49,982 nucleotides of DNA from an uncultured Oligoflexus sp. (lineage in GTDB: Bacteria; Bdellovibrionota_B; Oligoflexia; Oligoflexales; Oligoflexaceae), in the NCBI GenBank assembly GCA_964236955.1, contig CAXSGP010000015.1:1-49982 (forward strand), read 5' to 3'. Below, piece by piece: positions 35,977 to 45,400 of this stretch (its first letter is position 1; every line of letters starts with the position of its first letter). The translations under genes were made by a program, and so were the position numbers. The notes below the pieces were generated by a model. The model saw only the letters and a program-made list of their open reading frames with translations, was not told the origin of the DNA and ran no database searches.

Positions 35977-37467
35977 TCATTTAAAAGCTGTCTTGGGTAC
36001 CACCGTGAAGGCGGCATCACCAGGCTTTTTCCACTCGAGAATCAGGGCGATTTTATACATCGGACCCTGAAAATAATCGAGTGTGACCGTATGCGAGCCA
36101 GCCTTAAGCTCCATCGGCGCTTCTTTGGCCACGGTCTGGTGGTTTCCATCGTTATCGATCAAGAGTTTGTCATCGATCCAGATTTTCGCACCATCGTCTG
36201 AAGTGAGTCGGAAGGTATAAAGTCCATCCAAGGGAGCAATAAGCGCCGTACGCGTGTTCAGGCCAAACCATTCAAAAAGGTCGGGGACATCAGGAAATCC
36301 TGCAGTGAAATCACGTTCCGGAACATCGTACTGATCCATGCAAACCGTGGTCTTGAACACTTGGGTCTTCCAGTCCGTCGGTAGCACCGCTATGTTAACA
36401 GGCAACTGATAGACATCGGCGACGATAGGAAAGTTTACATTCGCCTTGGTACAGCGAGCGAATATCACCTCTTCGGGTATGATATCCAGAGGCGCCGAAC
36501 TCATAACGGTAGGGTCTGAGACCAAAATTGCAGTAATGATAACTGGAAATTTTTCGGTGCCGGTGGCCGGGCTCGTATAAACGCCGTTCGGACCAATAGT
36601 CCCGGGATCTTTTCCCGCAGGACCCATGACGATCCATTTAACGGGTGGATTTTTCGTTCCGTCGCTTAAGACAGCAGTCGCTTGCACTTCCTTACCACCG
36701 ACTTTGACTTGCGGCGTTGGCAAGGTGACGATCAGCATGGGCTTGGCTGAAGGAACGATCGCCAGAGACGATGAACCTTTCACTGTCGGATCGGCAATGA
36801 GAGTGGCTGTGATAATGACCGCAAATTGATCCTTGCCCGTTAGGGGACTGGTATAGACCCCAGTGGCGACATCAATTTTGCCAGGCTCTTTGTCGGCAGG
36901 TCCTGAAACTGTCCAGGTCACAGGTGGATTTTTGGTTCCGTTTTTTAACGTCGCAACTGCTGTCGTCTTTTCACCGCCAACTTTCAGCTCAGGCACAGGA
37001 ATTGTAACAATCAGCTCCATTCCATCTTTTGATGGGATGATTTTTAACGGAACCGAACCTGACACTGATGGATTGTCCTGGAGTGTCGCCGTAATGGTGA
37101 TCGTGTAGGGCTTAACACCTGTTTTAGGGCTGGTATAGACTCCGTCGGGACTGATAGTGCCAGGATCATTTCCCACTGCGGCTGTCACGGTCCAGTCCAC
37201 GGAAGGAATCGTTTTATCTGCCATCCTTGCAGTAGCCTGAGTCGTCTTGCCACCAAAGGGCAGTTCCTTCACAGGGACTGTCACGATAAGTGAAGTTTCA
37301 GCTTTGCCGTCGCCATCTGATGGCTCATTTTCTGCGCCCTCGCCGTTCCCTTTCCCTATTTCGCTCACAAGTTTATTGGACACGCCATCTATGCTTTTAA
37401 AGGATGCTTTTTTACATCCCCCAAGCAAAGGCAGGAGGATGAGCAATGAGAGCAACAAGGTTTTCAT
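35977..37467 (-). CDS. Lipoprotein with three Ig-like repeats and a C-terminal PA14 domain
   Basis: Lipobox LLGGC; three ~88-aa LIVT...W...GVYTSP...ITA repeats; PA14 motifs FRLTSDDG, IDNDGNH, YFQGP. Confidence 0.88.
   Translation of the reverse strand: MKTLLLSLLILLPLLGGCKKASFKSIDGVSNKLVSEIGKGNGEGAENEPSDGDGKAETSLIVTVPVKELPFGGKTTQATARMADKTIPSVDWTVTAAVGNDPGTISPDGVYTSPKTGVKPYTITITATLQDNPSVSGSVPLKIIPSKDGMELIVTIPVPELKVGGEKTTAVATLKNGTKNPPVTWTVSGPADKEPGKIDVATGVYTSPLTGKDQFAVIITATLIADPTVKGSSSLAIVPSAKPMLIVTLPTPQVKVGGKEVQATAVLSDGTKNPPVKWIVMGPAGKDPGTIGPNGVYTSPATGTEKFPVIITAILVSDPTVMSSAPLDIIPEEVIFARCTKANVNFPIVADVYQLPVNIAVLPTDWKTQVFKTTVCMDQYDVPERDFTAGFPDVPDLFEWFGLNTRTALIAPLDGLYTFRLTSDDGAKIWIDDKLLIDNDGNHQTVAKEAPMELKAGSHTVTLDYFQGPMYKIALILEWKKPGDAAFTVVPKTAFK
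36475..37290 (-). repeat. Three diverged intragenic repeats (~270 bp each) encoding Ig-like domains
   Basis: Aligned by eye: GTKNPPV, PG.I...GVYTSP, ITA.L..DP.V. Confidence 0.85.
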
Positions 37468-37502
37468 GGTAACTCCATGGTAGCTTTAATCGGGCTGGCT
37501 CT

Positions 37503-37529
37503 TTGTCGGAAAAGGGGACAGAAACTTTA
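37503..37529 (-). promoter_or_regulatory. sigma28/FliA-type promoter for the PA14 lipoprotein
   Basis: Minus strand TAAA-N15-TCCGACAA (TAAAGTTT), ~36 nt before ATG. Confidence 0.7.
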
Positions 37530-37870
37530 ATCTCTTATTTAACTATCCAAGTTTATTACATTTTTTAAAATTCAATACTGTATAAAATTGGCCTTCCTAC
37601 CCACGCTAAACATTTTCATTTTGAGGTCAGACAGGGTCTGTTTTCAGGGTCTAGGTCTGGGATAACTTCGGGGACAGAGGCAGTGGCAATAGCAGGCTCC
37701 TGCGCGCGCCTCTCCTTCCAATCTTTTAAAAGGGGCTGGATGCTCGTGTATGAGCCCCACCAAGCATCTGCCGAACCCGCTCGAGAGTCGGTTTTTGACC
37801 TTTTCATTGAGGTCGTCAGCTTTCTGAAAGACGTTTTTCATGGTCGGTTGAAAATAAAAAGACCAGCGCC

Positions 37871-38365
37871 TTAGGATTTCGGAATGGGCCCGAGGTGGGT
37901 GATCCACCATCGATCCCCCCAATTGATCAGCGCGCGTATTTCAACCAGATTGGATTCGTTTTTCGCATTCTTTAATTTGAGCTTGCTCTTATAGCAGGAC
38001 CAATAGGGAAGGGCATTCGCCTCACTGCCCTTTTCCTTCCATTTGCAGGATCCGAGTTTGAAACTCTCGACAACCCAAGGCGCACCCGCCTTAAGACGCT
38101 CGCCTTCTCTCTGCAAATCCTTTGCAAACCAACTGACCAACTGCTTATGGTAGGCGCCAGGATCTTTGATTCCCTTCACTTGATTGAAAGGCTCAGCGGG
38201 AAAAAATAATGTCTGCGCATCCTCGGCCGCAACCTGGCCATTGAGATTTTTCAGCAAAGGCCCGGGATCAAAGGGAGTGATCGTCTCAATAGCAGGTTTC
38301 GCCCCATTCTGAATTGGGATTTCAGCCGCATTGAGCAGCAGAGTCAAAAGCATGGACATGAACAA
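37871..38365 (-). CDS. Hypothetical secreted protein
   Basis: AAGGAG RBS; short hydrophobic N-terminus; Cys pair and WGDRWWITHLG C-terminus. Confidence 0.72.
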   Translation of the reverse strand: MFMSMLLTLLLNAAEIPIQNGAKPAIETITPFDPGPLLKNLNGQVAAEDAQTLFFPAEPFNQVKGIKDPGAYHKQLVSWFAKDLQREGERLKAGAPWVVESFKLGSCKWKEKGSEANALPYWSCYKSKLKLKNAKNESNLVEIRALINWGDRWWITHLGPIPKS

Positions 38366-38564
38366 AACTCCTTGAAAGGTATCAGCAAAATCCCGGCGGG
38401 ATATTTTTGCCAGGTCACTTAAAAATCACTGTCTTGCCGGCTATATCCCCTCCTAATTTCCCTTTGAAAGCCTCCCGAACCCAACGGGATCTGATTGACA
38501 AATCGGCTCGAGAGGAGGAGAAGTAGAAAATTAAGACCCTTACGTCTTGAGAAAGGACAGTTGA

Positions 38565-38783
38565 ATGCTCACTCTAAAAGTTGATGGTATGACCTGCGAA
38601 CACTGCAAGAAAACCATCACCGATGCTATCCATACCGTCGATGCTGAAGCTGGAGTTCAAATCGACCTCGAACAGGGTATTGTCAATGTGCAAAGTCGCG
38701 CTGCTTCGAACGCAATAAAATCAGCTATCACCAATTCCGGATTTGAAGTCATAACCACCACTGGGACGACCGTCGTTCACTAA
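38565..38783 (+). CDS. copZ: Heavy-metal-associated (HMA) copper chaperone
   Basis: GMTCEHC; AITNSGF; AAGGA RBS. Confidence 0.9.
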   Translation: MLTLKVDGMTCEHCKKTITDAIHTVDAEAGVQIDLEQGIVNVQSRAASNAIKSAITNSGFEVITTTGTTVVH

Positions 38784-38812
38784 GAGCTGGGCCGACTCGG
38801 GCCCAACCGCTT

Positions 38813-40534
38813 CTAGACGATAGCACTCAGGATATCGCGTTCATCATCGATCTCCATGGTCATGCCTGCTTCTTCGCCTCGGGAAACATCGGCCCCTTTA
38901 ATTGCCGCACCCTCAGACCCGGGATTACCGCCAAATTCGACAGGCAGCGGAAGTTTTTGTATGCGTTTGATTCCCCGCTTATCGATCACTATCCTATAGT
39001 ATTCATATTCACCCTTATAGTCATCCGCGACCGACGTGGTGATGTGCAAAACCAGATCAAGGTAATAAACCTTCGGGACCTGCCTGACCGTGGCATAGAG
39101 ACGACTCGTCGATACTGCGAGCTCCTCATAGGGCACGTCGAGTGGCGCGAGAAAGCTTGAGACATTTAATCGAAAGAAAGTATAGAGTGCACGAATCTTG
39201 CGCTTTAAAACCCGAATTTTTTCGCCCTGAAGGCCAATTCGTTTTCGATAATGGATGATCGACAAGGCTTCGGCATTCAATCGCTCCGGAGCCATCTTCT
39301 CGATCAAATTTCGTACCTCGACCGGCATATCTTCAATTTCGACGAACTCAACCTTCTCCTCATGGTAACCGATCTCCAAGGGCTTCGCACTGTCACCGGA
39401 GGGCCGATAGACGATCTTGCTGCTGCTGTCGGGCAGGTCGCGGAAAACACTGCCCTTGAAATAACCGCGCCCCAGCTCCTTGATTCGATCTTTCAGAATA
39501 TAGGCGAAAGTTAGCGCTGTGATCACGATGAAGGTCGAGACGCCCCATTGCGCGCTACTGCTCGAATAGAAGCCACTGAATCCAAGCAGAATATTGGCAA
39601 AAGCCGCCCAGAATCCCGCGATTCCGGCAGCAACCATCGCTCCCGCCTGCCGCTGTATCTTGAAGAGTGATTTCGTTCTTGTATTGAGATAGAGGGCAGA
39701 CCATACACGACGTTTCAAGAACCCGCGTCGATGCAAATAGGTTTCAAGTTCAATTTCATCACTTTTATCATCAATCCAAAGATAACCAAGATGCCGGCTG
39801 TAGATACGCAAACCCCGTAAGCGAGCACGGGCAATGGAACGCCATTCTTTGGTTTGGGCGCCGCCATGCAAATCAAAGGATTTTTGGGCCTTTAGCAGAA
39901 AATCGTGGATATTGTTCAAAACGTATTCGTCGACTTCACGCAGTTCACTTTTGATCATGGGAAAAGCCTGTTCGGCGCTCTGCAAAACCTTTTGCCATTC
40001 CTGGAAGATGACGTTCACCTTTTCAAAACTTTCCTCTATCAACTTCTTCGTCCTGCCGGCTTCCTCATCGCCCTCGCCGAAACGGGCCAGCGCATTCATA
40101 ACCTTACGGCTTTTCCTTATGATAAACGTGTAATAGGAACAGGCAAATATCTGTGCCTCCTGAATGATAAAGGTCTGTTCCTCGAGACTAGTGTTATTGC
40201 GTTGAATATGCTCGCGAATCTTCAGCAGCGGCGAACGATCGGCATCTTCCACATAACCCATGATTTCTTTAAAAGTCAGTTTGGGAATTCGAAAGTTTAA
40301 AAACGATTTTACGTCGCGATAGAAATATTCCAGGGGGTAGGTGGCAGGCGTGATTTTCATTTGAAGGGGGAAGAGAAAATAGGATTCGATTTGATACGAA
40401 TCGGGGTAGGCAACTTCTTCATCCTCACCCTTGACCATCATCCGATATTGAAATGACGCCTCCATCTGAGTCGGATCGAGTATACGCAATTCAGTTTTGA
40501 CCAAACGTTTCAGTGGAACAAACGGCTTGCCCAT
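38813..40534 (-). CDS. Hypothetical membrane protein with a central TM hairpin
   Basis: AGGAG 6 nt before ATG 40534; AAGIAGFWA and AYILKDRIKE segments flanked by large soluble domains. Confidence 0.8.
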   Translation of the reverse strand: MGKPFVPLKRLVKTELRILDPTQMEASFQYRMMVKGEDEEVAYPDSYQIESYFLFPLQMKITPATYPLEYFYRDVKSFLNFRIPKLTFKEIMGYVEDADRSPLLKIREHIQRNNTSLEEQTFIIQEAQIFACSYYTFIIRKSRKVMNALARFGEGDEEAGRTKKLIEESFEKVNVIFQEWQKVLQSAEQAFPMIKSELREVDEYVLNNIHDFLLKAQKSFDLHGGAQTKEWRSIARARLRGLRIYSRHLGYLWIDDKSDEIELETYLHRRGFLKRRVWSALYLNTRTKSLFKIQRQAGAMVAAGIAGFWAAFANILLGFSGFYSSSSAQWGVSTFIVITALTFAYILKDRIKELGRGYFKGSVFRDLPDSSSKIVYRPSGDSAKPLEIGYHEEKVEFVEIEDMPVEVRNLIEKMAPERLNAEALSIIHYRKRIGLQGEKIRVLKRKIRALYTFFRLNVSSFLAPLDVPYEELAVSTSRLYATVRQVPKVYYLDLVLHITTSVADDYKGEYEYYRIVIDKRGIKRIQKLPLPVEFGGNPGSEGAAIKGADVSRGEEAGMTMEIDDERDILSAIV

Positions 40535-40770
40535 ATGCATCTCCTAGCAGCATTTTTATCTTAACACGAAAGTCCCCAAGCCTGAATGCACAGAGCAAAG
40601 TCAAACCTTCCTAGTCCTTTTCTTTTGATGAATCAGCCAAACTGCCCTCAGACAACTCCTTTCAAAAGAAAGTCTTAAGCTAGCCGGAGCAGGCCGCACC
40701 TTGAGGCATTGTTTGCTGTTTTCTTCTCCCAGCCTTTGACCCCACCTGGATCCGGAGCAGAATAGAATTT

Positions 40771-40787
40771 TGCTAGCCACGTGCCAG
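40771..40787 (-). promoter_or_regulatory. Candidate sigma54 promoter for the 38813..40534 gene
   Basis: Minus strand CTGGCACGTGGCTAGCA = GG-N10-GC, but ~240 nt from the start. Confidence 0.45.
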
Positions 40788-40840
40788 TTTGAGCTTTATA
40801 AGGTTCTTTCGTTTTAAACTTACGAAAAGGACGTGAATCT

Positions 40841-42712
40841 ATGTTCCGAAAGTCTTACCTCCTCAGTGTTTGCCTTTTGATTCCCACTTTTGTGGCTGCA
40901 GCGCCTCAGTCAAAGACTTCGGCAGCTTCCAAGGCCAAAAAACCCACTGCCATAGAAGCCAAGGCTTTTGTTGATAGCTTTAACAAAGACTATTTGCGCC
41001 TGGCCGTTAAGAGCAGTCGCAGTTCCTGGGTCAAAGATACCTATATCACTGAAGACACGGAAGTCATTTCGGCAGAAGACGAAACAGAACTCTTGGCTTA
41101 CTCGACCCAAGCTATGCGCGATGCACGACGCTTCGATAGTGTACAAGTCGATGACGACACCCGCCGCAGTTTAACTCTTATCAAGCTCGGCAATCCTGCA
41201 CCTCAGGATCGCGCCAGCCTGGAAGAACTGACTGGAATTACCAGTAAAATGGGCAGCATCTACGGCAAAAAGAAACTGTGCGACGAATGGACCAAGAAAA
41301 GCAGTTTCGACGTCAGCAAAGACGGCTGTTTGGACCTTGAGGAAATGACCGAACTTCTTGCCAAAAGTAGCAATGCCGATGACCAACTCAAGGCCTGGCA
41401 AGGTTGGCATACGATTGGCGGCGAACTCAAACCCCTCTATGAGCGCTTCGTGCAGTTGACCAATAAAGGCGCAAAACAAGGCGGTTATAACGATATCGGT
41501 GAAAGCTGGCGCTCGGGCTACGACATGTCGCCTGCCGCTTTTGAAGTGGAAATGGCAAGACTCTGGAACCAGGTCAAACCACTTTACGAAGACCTTCAGT
41601 GCTACATGGGTCACAAGCTGGAAACGATATATCCCAATCAAAAGATGAAAGACGGTCTGCTGCCGGCCCATTTGCTCGGGAACATGTGGGCACAGGAATG
41701 GTCTAACCTCTATCCAAAGGTGGAGCCCTACGCGGGCTTGGCGACGCTGGATGTGACGAAGGCCCTGGCCGATCAAAAATACGATGCCGTTAAAATGACA
41801 AAACTCGCCGAGAGTTTTTTCACCTCGCTTGGATTTGACCCCCTTCCCAAAACTTTCTATGAACGCTCTCTCCTGCTTAAACCTCAGGATCGCGAAGTCG
41901 TCTGTCATGCCAGTGCTTGGGACGTAGATTACGCGAATGATTTACGCGTGAAGATGTGCATCCTTCCCAACGAAGAGAACCTGATCACGATTCACCATGA
42001 ACTGGGGCATGTCTTTTACTATCAGTCCTACTCCAAACTTCCCGTCGTCTATCAGCAGGGTGCCAATGACGGTTTCCACGAAGCCATCGGCGATGCCATA
42101 GCCCTGAGCGTGAATTCCACCTATCTCAACCAGGTCGGTTTGATTAAAAATTCGTCGAAGGACGGCGACAAGGATAAAGAACTCATCAATCTTCAGATGA
42201 AGACGGCGTTGAGCAAAGTGGCCTTTTTACCCTTTGGCTATCTGATGGACAAATGGCGATGGGATGTCTTTGCGGGCAAAACCACTCCGGATCAGTACAA
42301 CCCATCGTGGTGGGATCTTCGCGAAAAATATCAGGGTGTAAGCTCGCCTGAACCCCGTCCGAACACCGGATTTGACCCAGGCGCAAAATACCATATTCCG
42401 GCGAACGTGCCTTACGCCCGGTATTTCCTTGCAAACATACTTCAATTCCAAATGTTCAAGGCTATGTGCGACGCCTCAGGCTATAAAGGTCCCTTGGCAG
42501 AGTGTAGTCTCTATGGCCAAAAAGCGGCCGGAGATAAATTGAAGGCTATGCTGGCACTCGGTGCCTCCAAGCCCTGGCCGGTAGCTCTGAAACAGCTTAC
42601 AGGTTCAGAGAAAATCGATGCGGCTGCGATCCTTGAATACTTTGGCCCGCTTCACAGCTGGTTAAAGGATCAGAACAAGGCTAAGCAATGCCAATGGAAA
42701 AGTAGATCGTAA
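40841..42712 (+). CDS. Secreted M2-family peptidyl-dipeptidase (ACE-like)
   Basis: Signal peptide; PAHLLGNMWAQ, CHASAWD, HHELGH, GANDGFHEAIGD, FDPGAKYHIP. Confidence 0.95.
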   Translation: MFRKSYLLSVCLLIPTFVAAAPQSKTSAASKAKKPTAIEAKAFVDSFNKDYLRLAVKSSRSSWVKDTYITEDTEVISAEDETELLAYSTQAMRDARRFDSVQVDDDTRRSLTLIKLGNPAPQDRASLEELTGITSKMGSIYGKKKLCDEWTKKSSFDVSKDGCLDLEEMTELLAKSSNADDQLKAWQGWHTIGGELKPLYERFVQLTNKGAKQGGYNDIGESWRSGYDMSPAAFEVEMARLWNQVKPLYEDLQCYMGHKLETIYPNQKMKDGLLPAHLLGNMWAQEWSNLYPKVEPYAGLATLDVTKALADQKYDAVKMTKLAESFFTSLGFDPLPKTFYERSLLLKPQDREVVCHASAWDVDYANDLRVKMCILPNEENLITIHHELGHVFYYQSYSKLPVVYQQGANDGFHEAIGDAIALSVNSTYLNQVGLIKNSSKDGDKDKELINLQMKTALSKVAFLPFGYLMDKWRWDVFAGKTTPDQYNPSWWDLREKYQGVSSPEPRPNTGFDPGAKYHIPANVPYARYFLANILQFQMFKAMCDASGYKGPLAECSLYGQKAAGDKLKAMLALGASKPWPVALKQLTGSEKIDAAAILEYFGPLHSWLKDQNKAKQCQWKSRS

Positions 42713-42728
42713 TCAGCTTATCGATGGC

Positions 42729-42759
42729 ATGGGCCAGCTCCCAGACGGCGCTGGCCCGT
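42729..42759. terminator. Hairpin between convergent genes
   Basis: GGGCCAGC/GCTGGCCC stem; weak T-tracts. Confidence 0.5.
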
Positions 42760-42762
42760 TCC

Positions 42763-43632
42763 CTAAAGCGGCAATGGGGCAGGTTTCAAAACCGGAGCGC
42801 TGAGGGTCGATCCAAGACAGGCGCAGACAATGGCACTCATGGCCAAGAGCTGCAGAGGACTTAAAATCTCCTGAAGAAAGATAAGGCCCATCCCAGCCGC
42901 CAATGCCGGCTCAATACTCATCAGCGTGCCAAAGGTCTTGGAGTCCATTCGTTTGAGGACGATCATCTCCAGCGAATAGGGGATCACACTCGAAAGGAGA
43001 GCAATGATTATGCCGCGGCCCCAAAATTCTCCAGCAAGCATCGCGGATGCCTTCATCTTAAAAAGCCCGAAGGGAAGGACCAGAAGAGCGGCAAAGACCA
43101 TACCCCAGGTTGTCGCCTGCCGCGTCGAGGCAACAGCGCTCACGCTTTTGCCGAAGATAATATAGAACCCCCAGCAGATGCCGGCGACGAGCGCGAGCAA
43201 AACCCCTGTTAAATCGATCTCAAGACTAAAGCCGCCGATGGGAAGAAGAAGGTAAATCCCGATGGCAGCCAAAGCCACCCAAAGCAGATCGAGCAGTCGC
43301 CGCGAGCCCAGCAAGGCCACCCCAAGTGGACCCGTGAACTCCAGCGCCACGGCAAGGCCGAGCGGGATTCGTTGGAGCGACATATAGAACAGCAGATTCA
43401 TAAGGCCAAGCGTCGCGCCGTAGAGCAAAACCTTTAACCAGGCACCGTCCGGCATGGGTTCCCGCCAGGGCTTCATGACTAAGAGCATAAAGATCGCGGC
43501 AAAACCTGTGCGCATCATAGAGATCGCGGCTGGGTCGAAAGTTCCAAATAAATGTTTGGCGACGGTCGCTCCAAATTGAATGGAGAGCATAGCGACGATG
43601 AGCAGGCCTATAGAGGCAGCCATGCTTTTCAC
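42763..43632 (-). CDS. EamA/DMT family transporter, RhtA-like
   Basis: SIQFGA, RIPLGLAVALEFTGPL, LSSVIPYSLE, FGTLMSIEPA; GTG 43632 after AAGGAG. Confidence 0.9.
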   Translation of the reverse strand: MKSMAASIGLLIVAMLSIQFGATVAKHLFGTFDPAAISMMRTGFAAIFMLLVMKPWREPMPDGAWLKVLLYGATLGLMNLLFYMSLQRIPLGLAVALEFTGPLGVALLGSRRLLDLLWVALAAIGIYLLLPIGGFSLEIDLTGVLLALVAGICWGFYIIFGKSVSAVASTRQATTWGMVFAALLVLPFGLFKMKASAMLAGEFWGRGIIIALLSSVIPYSLEMIVLKRMDSKTFGTLMSIEPALAAGMGLIFLQEILSPLQLLAMSAIVCACLGSTLSAPVLKPAPLPL

Positions 43633-43642
43633 AAAAGTCTCC

Positions 43643-44383
43643 TTAAGTCTGATGCAATATCTGCGAGAGAAAGAGCTGGGCACGGGCCGTCTTTGGCTTG
43701 ATGAAAAATGCCTCGGGCGTCGCCTGTTCTATAATTTCCCCCTCATCCATAAAGACAATACTATCAGCAGCTTGCCGAGCAAAGCCCATCTCATGGGTGA
43801 CGCAGATCATCGTCATGCCACTCCCTGCCAGCTCCAGCATCACTTCCAGAACCTCCTTTATCATCTCCGGATCGAGCGCTGAGGTCGGCTCGTCAAAAAG
43901 CATAATCTTGGGATTCATACACAAGGCGCGAGCGATCGCCACGCGCTGCTGCTGACCTCCCGATAGCTGAGCTGGGAATTTTTTTACATGATCGATCATC
44001 TTAACCCGTTCGAGCATATCGCGGGCCCGTGCTTCCGCCCGATCTTGGGGAACCTTCTGGACCCACATTGGCGCCAGCGTAAGGTTTTCCAAAACGCTGA
44101 GGTGGGGAAAGAGGTTGAACTGCTGAAAAACCATCCCCATTTCGCTGCGAAAGTGCTGAAGCCTTTTCACTTCCAGAGTTTCGCCCCAGATGTTGACAGT
44201 GCCGGAATCAAAGGTCTCAAGGCCATTGATGCAGCGTATCAAGGTGGACTTGCCCGAGCCCGAAGGGCCACAAACCACAAGTTTTTTGCCTGGCTCCAAG
44301 CTAAGACTGACATTTTTCAGAGCTTTGAAGTCGCCGTAGGACTTTTGAATATTTTTCATTTCGATAGCTAATGGCTGAGTCAC
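43643..44383 (-). CDS. aapP: Amino acid ABC transporter ATP-binding protein
   Basis: GPSGSGKST, LSGGQQQR, MLFDEPTSALDPE, VTHEMGFA. Confidence 0.9.
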   Translation of the reverse strand: MTQPLAIEMKNIQKSYGDFKALKNVSLSLEPGKKLVVCGPSGSGKSTLIRCINGLETFDSGTVNIWGETLEVKRLQHFRSEMGMVFQQFNLFPHLSVLENLTLAPMWVQKVPQDRAEARARDMLERVKMIDHVKKFPAQLSGGQQQRVAIARALCMNPKIMLFDEPTSALDPEMIKEVLEVMLELAGSGMTMICVTHEMGFARQAADSIVFMDEGEIIEQATPEAFFIKPKTARAQLFLSQILHQT

Positions 44384-44386
44384 GAA

Positions 44387-45400
44387 TCACCTCGCTTGTT
44401 CAAGCTTCAAACTAAATCGGGAGAGGGTAAAACACATAATCCAATAGACAAAGCCCGCGAAAAGATAACCCTCGGTTGAATATCCCAACCAGTAGGGATC
44501 GGTGTTCGCCTGCTGCACGACCCCTAACAGATCAAACATGCCGACGATGACAACGAGGCTGGTGTCTTTGAAAAGGCTGATAAAGCTATTGACCAGACTC
44601 GGTATCACCGAACGGAGGGCCTGGGGCAGGACCACGAGAAACAAGCGCTGCCATCCGAGGAGTCCGAGGGCTGCGGCCGCTTCCTCCTGCCCCGAGGCAA
44701 CCCCTCTTAACCCGGCCCGTATCACTTCTGCGAGGTAAGCCGAGGTAAAAAGACTGACACCGACAAAGACCCGAAGGAGTTTATCAACCTCAGTGCCGGG
44801 TGGCAGGATAAGGGGCAGCATGACAGAGCTCATAAACAGCACGGCAATCAAAGGAACACCGCGCCAGAGCTCGATAAAAGCCACCGATCCCGCTTTAATG
44901 AGCGGAAGTTTGGAAAGTCGGCCCAAAGCCAGGAGAAGACCCAAGGGAAAAGCCACACTCAAACCAATGAGGGTGATCATGAGACTCAGGAGGAGTCCCC
45001 CCCAGCGGGCTGTCTCCACGTGTGCGAGTCCAAACCATCGCCCATCCAGTAAACCCCAGCTCAACAGAGGCAAAGTGAGGATAAGTATGGGCAGCAATCG
45101 TAGACTGCGGCTATAGGCAGAGCGAAAAAGGCCGATTATCCCCAGAGCCCAAAGGGCCAGGACTAAACACGGACGCCATAGTTCTTTAGCCTCATAAAAA
45201 CCAAAGAGGAAAGTCTGCATCCGCATTTTGATGAAAACCCAGCAGGCTCCACTTGCCTGACAGCGTTCCGTTCCCGAAATCTGGGCATCGAGTACAGCCC
45301 ATTTGAAAAAAGGCAAAAGCAAAAGGAGGAGGAGAAAGAGAAGTGTTCCGTTTACCGTCTTTTGCAGGGTAGACTGATTCGGGCGTTTAGCGACGTTCAT
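44387..45400 (-). CDS. aapM: Amino acid ABC transporter permease
   Basis: GACWVF, WGGLLL, RGVPLI, AYLAEVIRAG, FKDTSLV. Confidence 0.88.
   Translation of the reverse strand: MNVAKRPNQSTLQKTVNGTLLFLLLLLLLPFFKWAVLDAQISGTERCQASGACWVFIKMRMQTFLFGFYEAKELWRPCLVLALWALGIIGLFRSAYSRSLRLLPILILTLPLLSWGLLDGRWFGLAHVETARWGGLLLSLMITLIGLSVAFPLGLLLALGRLSKLPLIKAGSVAFIELWRGVPLIAVLFMSSVMLPLILPPGTEVDKLLRVFVGVSLFTSAYLAEVIRAGLRGVASGQEEAAAALGLLGWQRLFLVVLPQALRSVIPSLVNSFISLFKDTSLVVIVGMFDLLGVVQQANTDPYWLGYSTEGYLFAGFVYWIMCFTLSRFSLKLEQAR

Noticed and set aside
37616..37922. Short ORFs of 63-92 aa between the PA14 lipoprotein and the 164-aa gene
   Set aside because: No clear RBS, mutually overlapping, no recognisable motif; cannot be supported, though a small gene is not excluded
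38495..38530. CueR/MerR-type promoter before copZ
   Set aside because: TTGACA is present, but there is no 19-bp spacer with dyad symmetry
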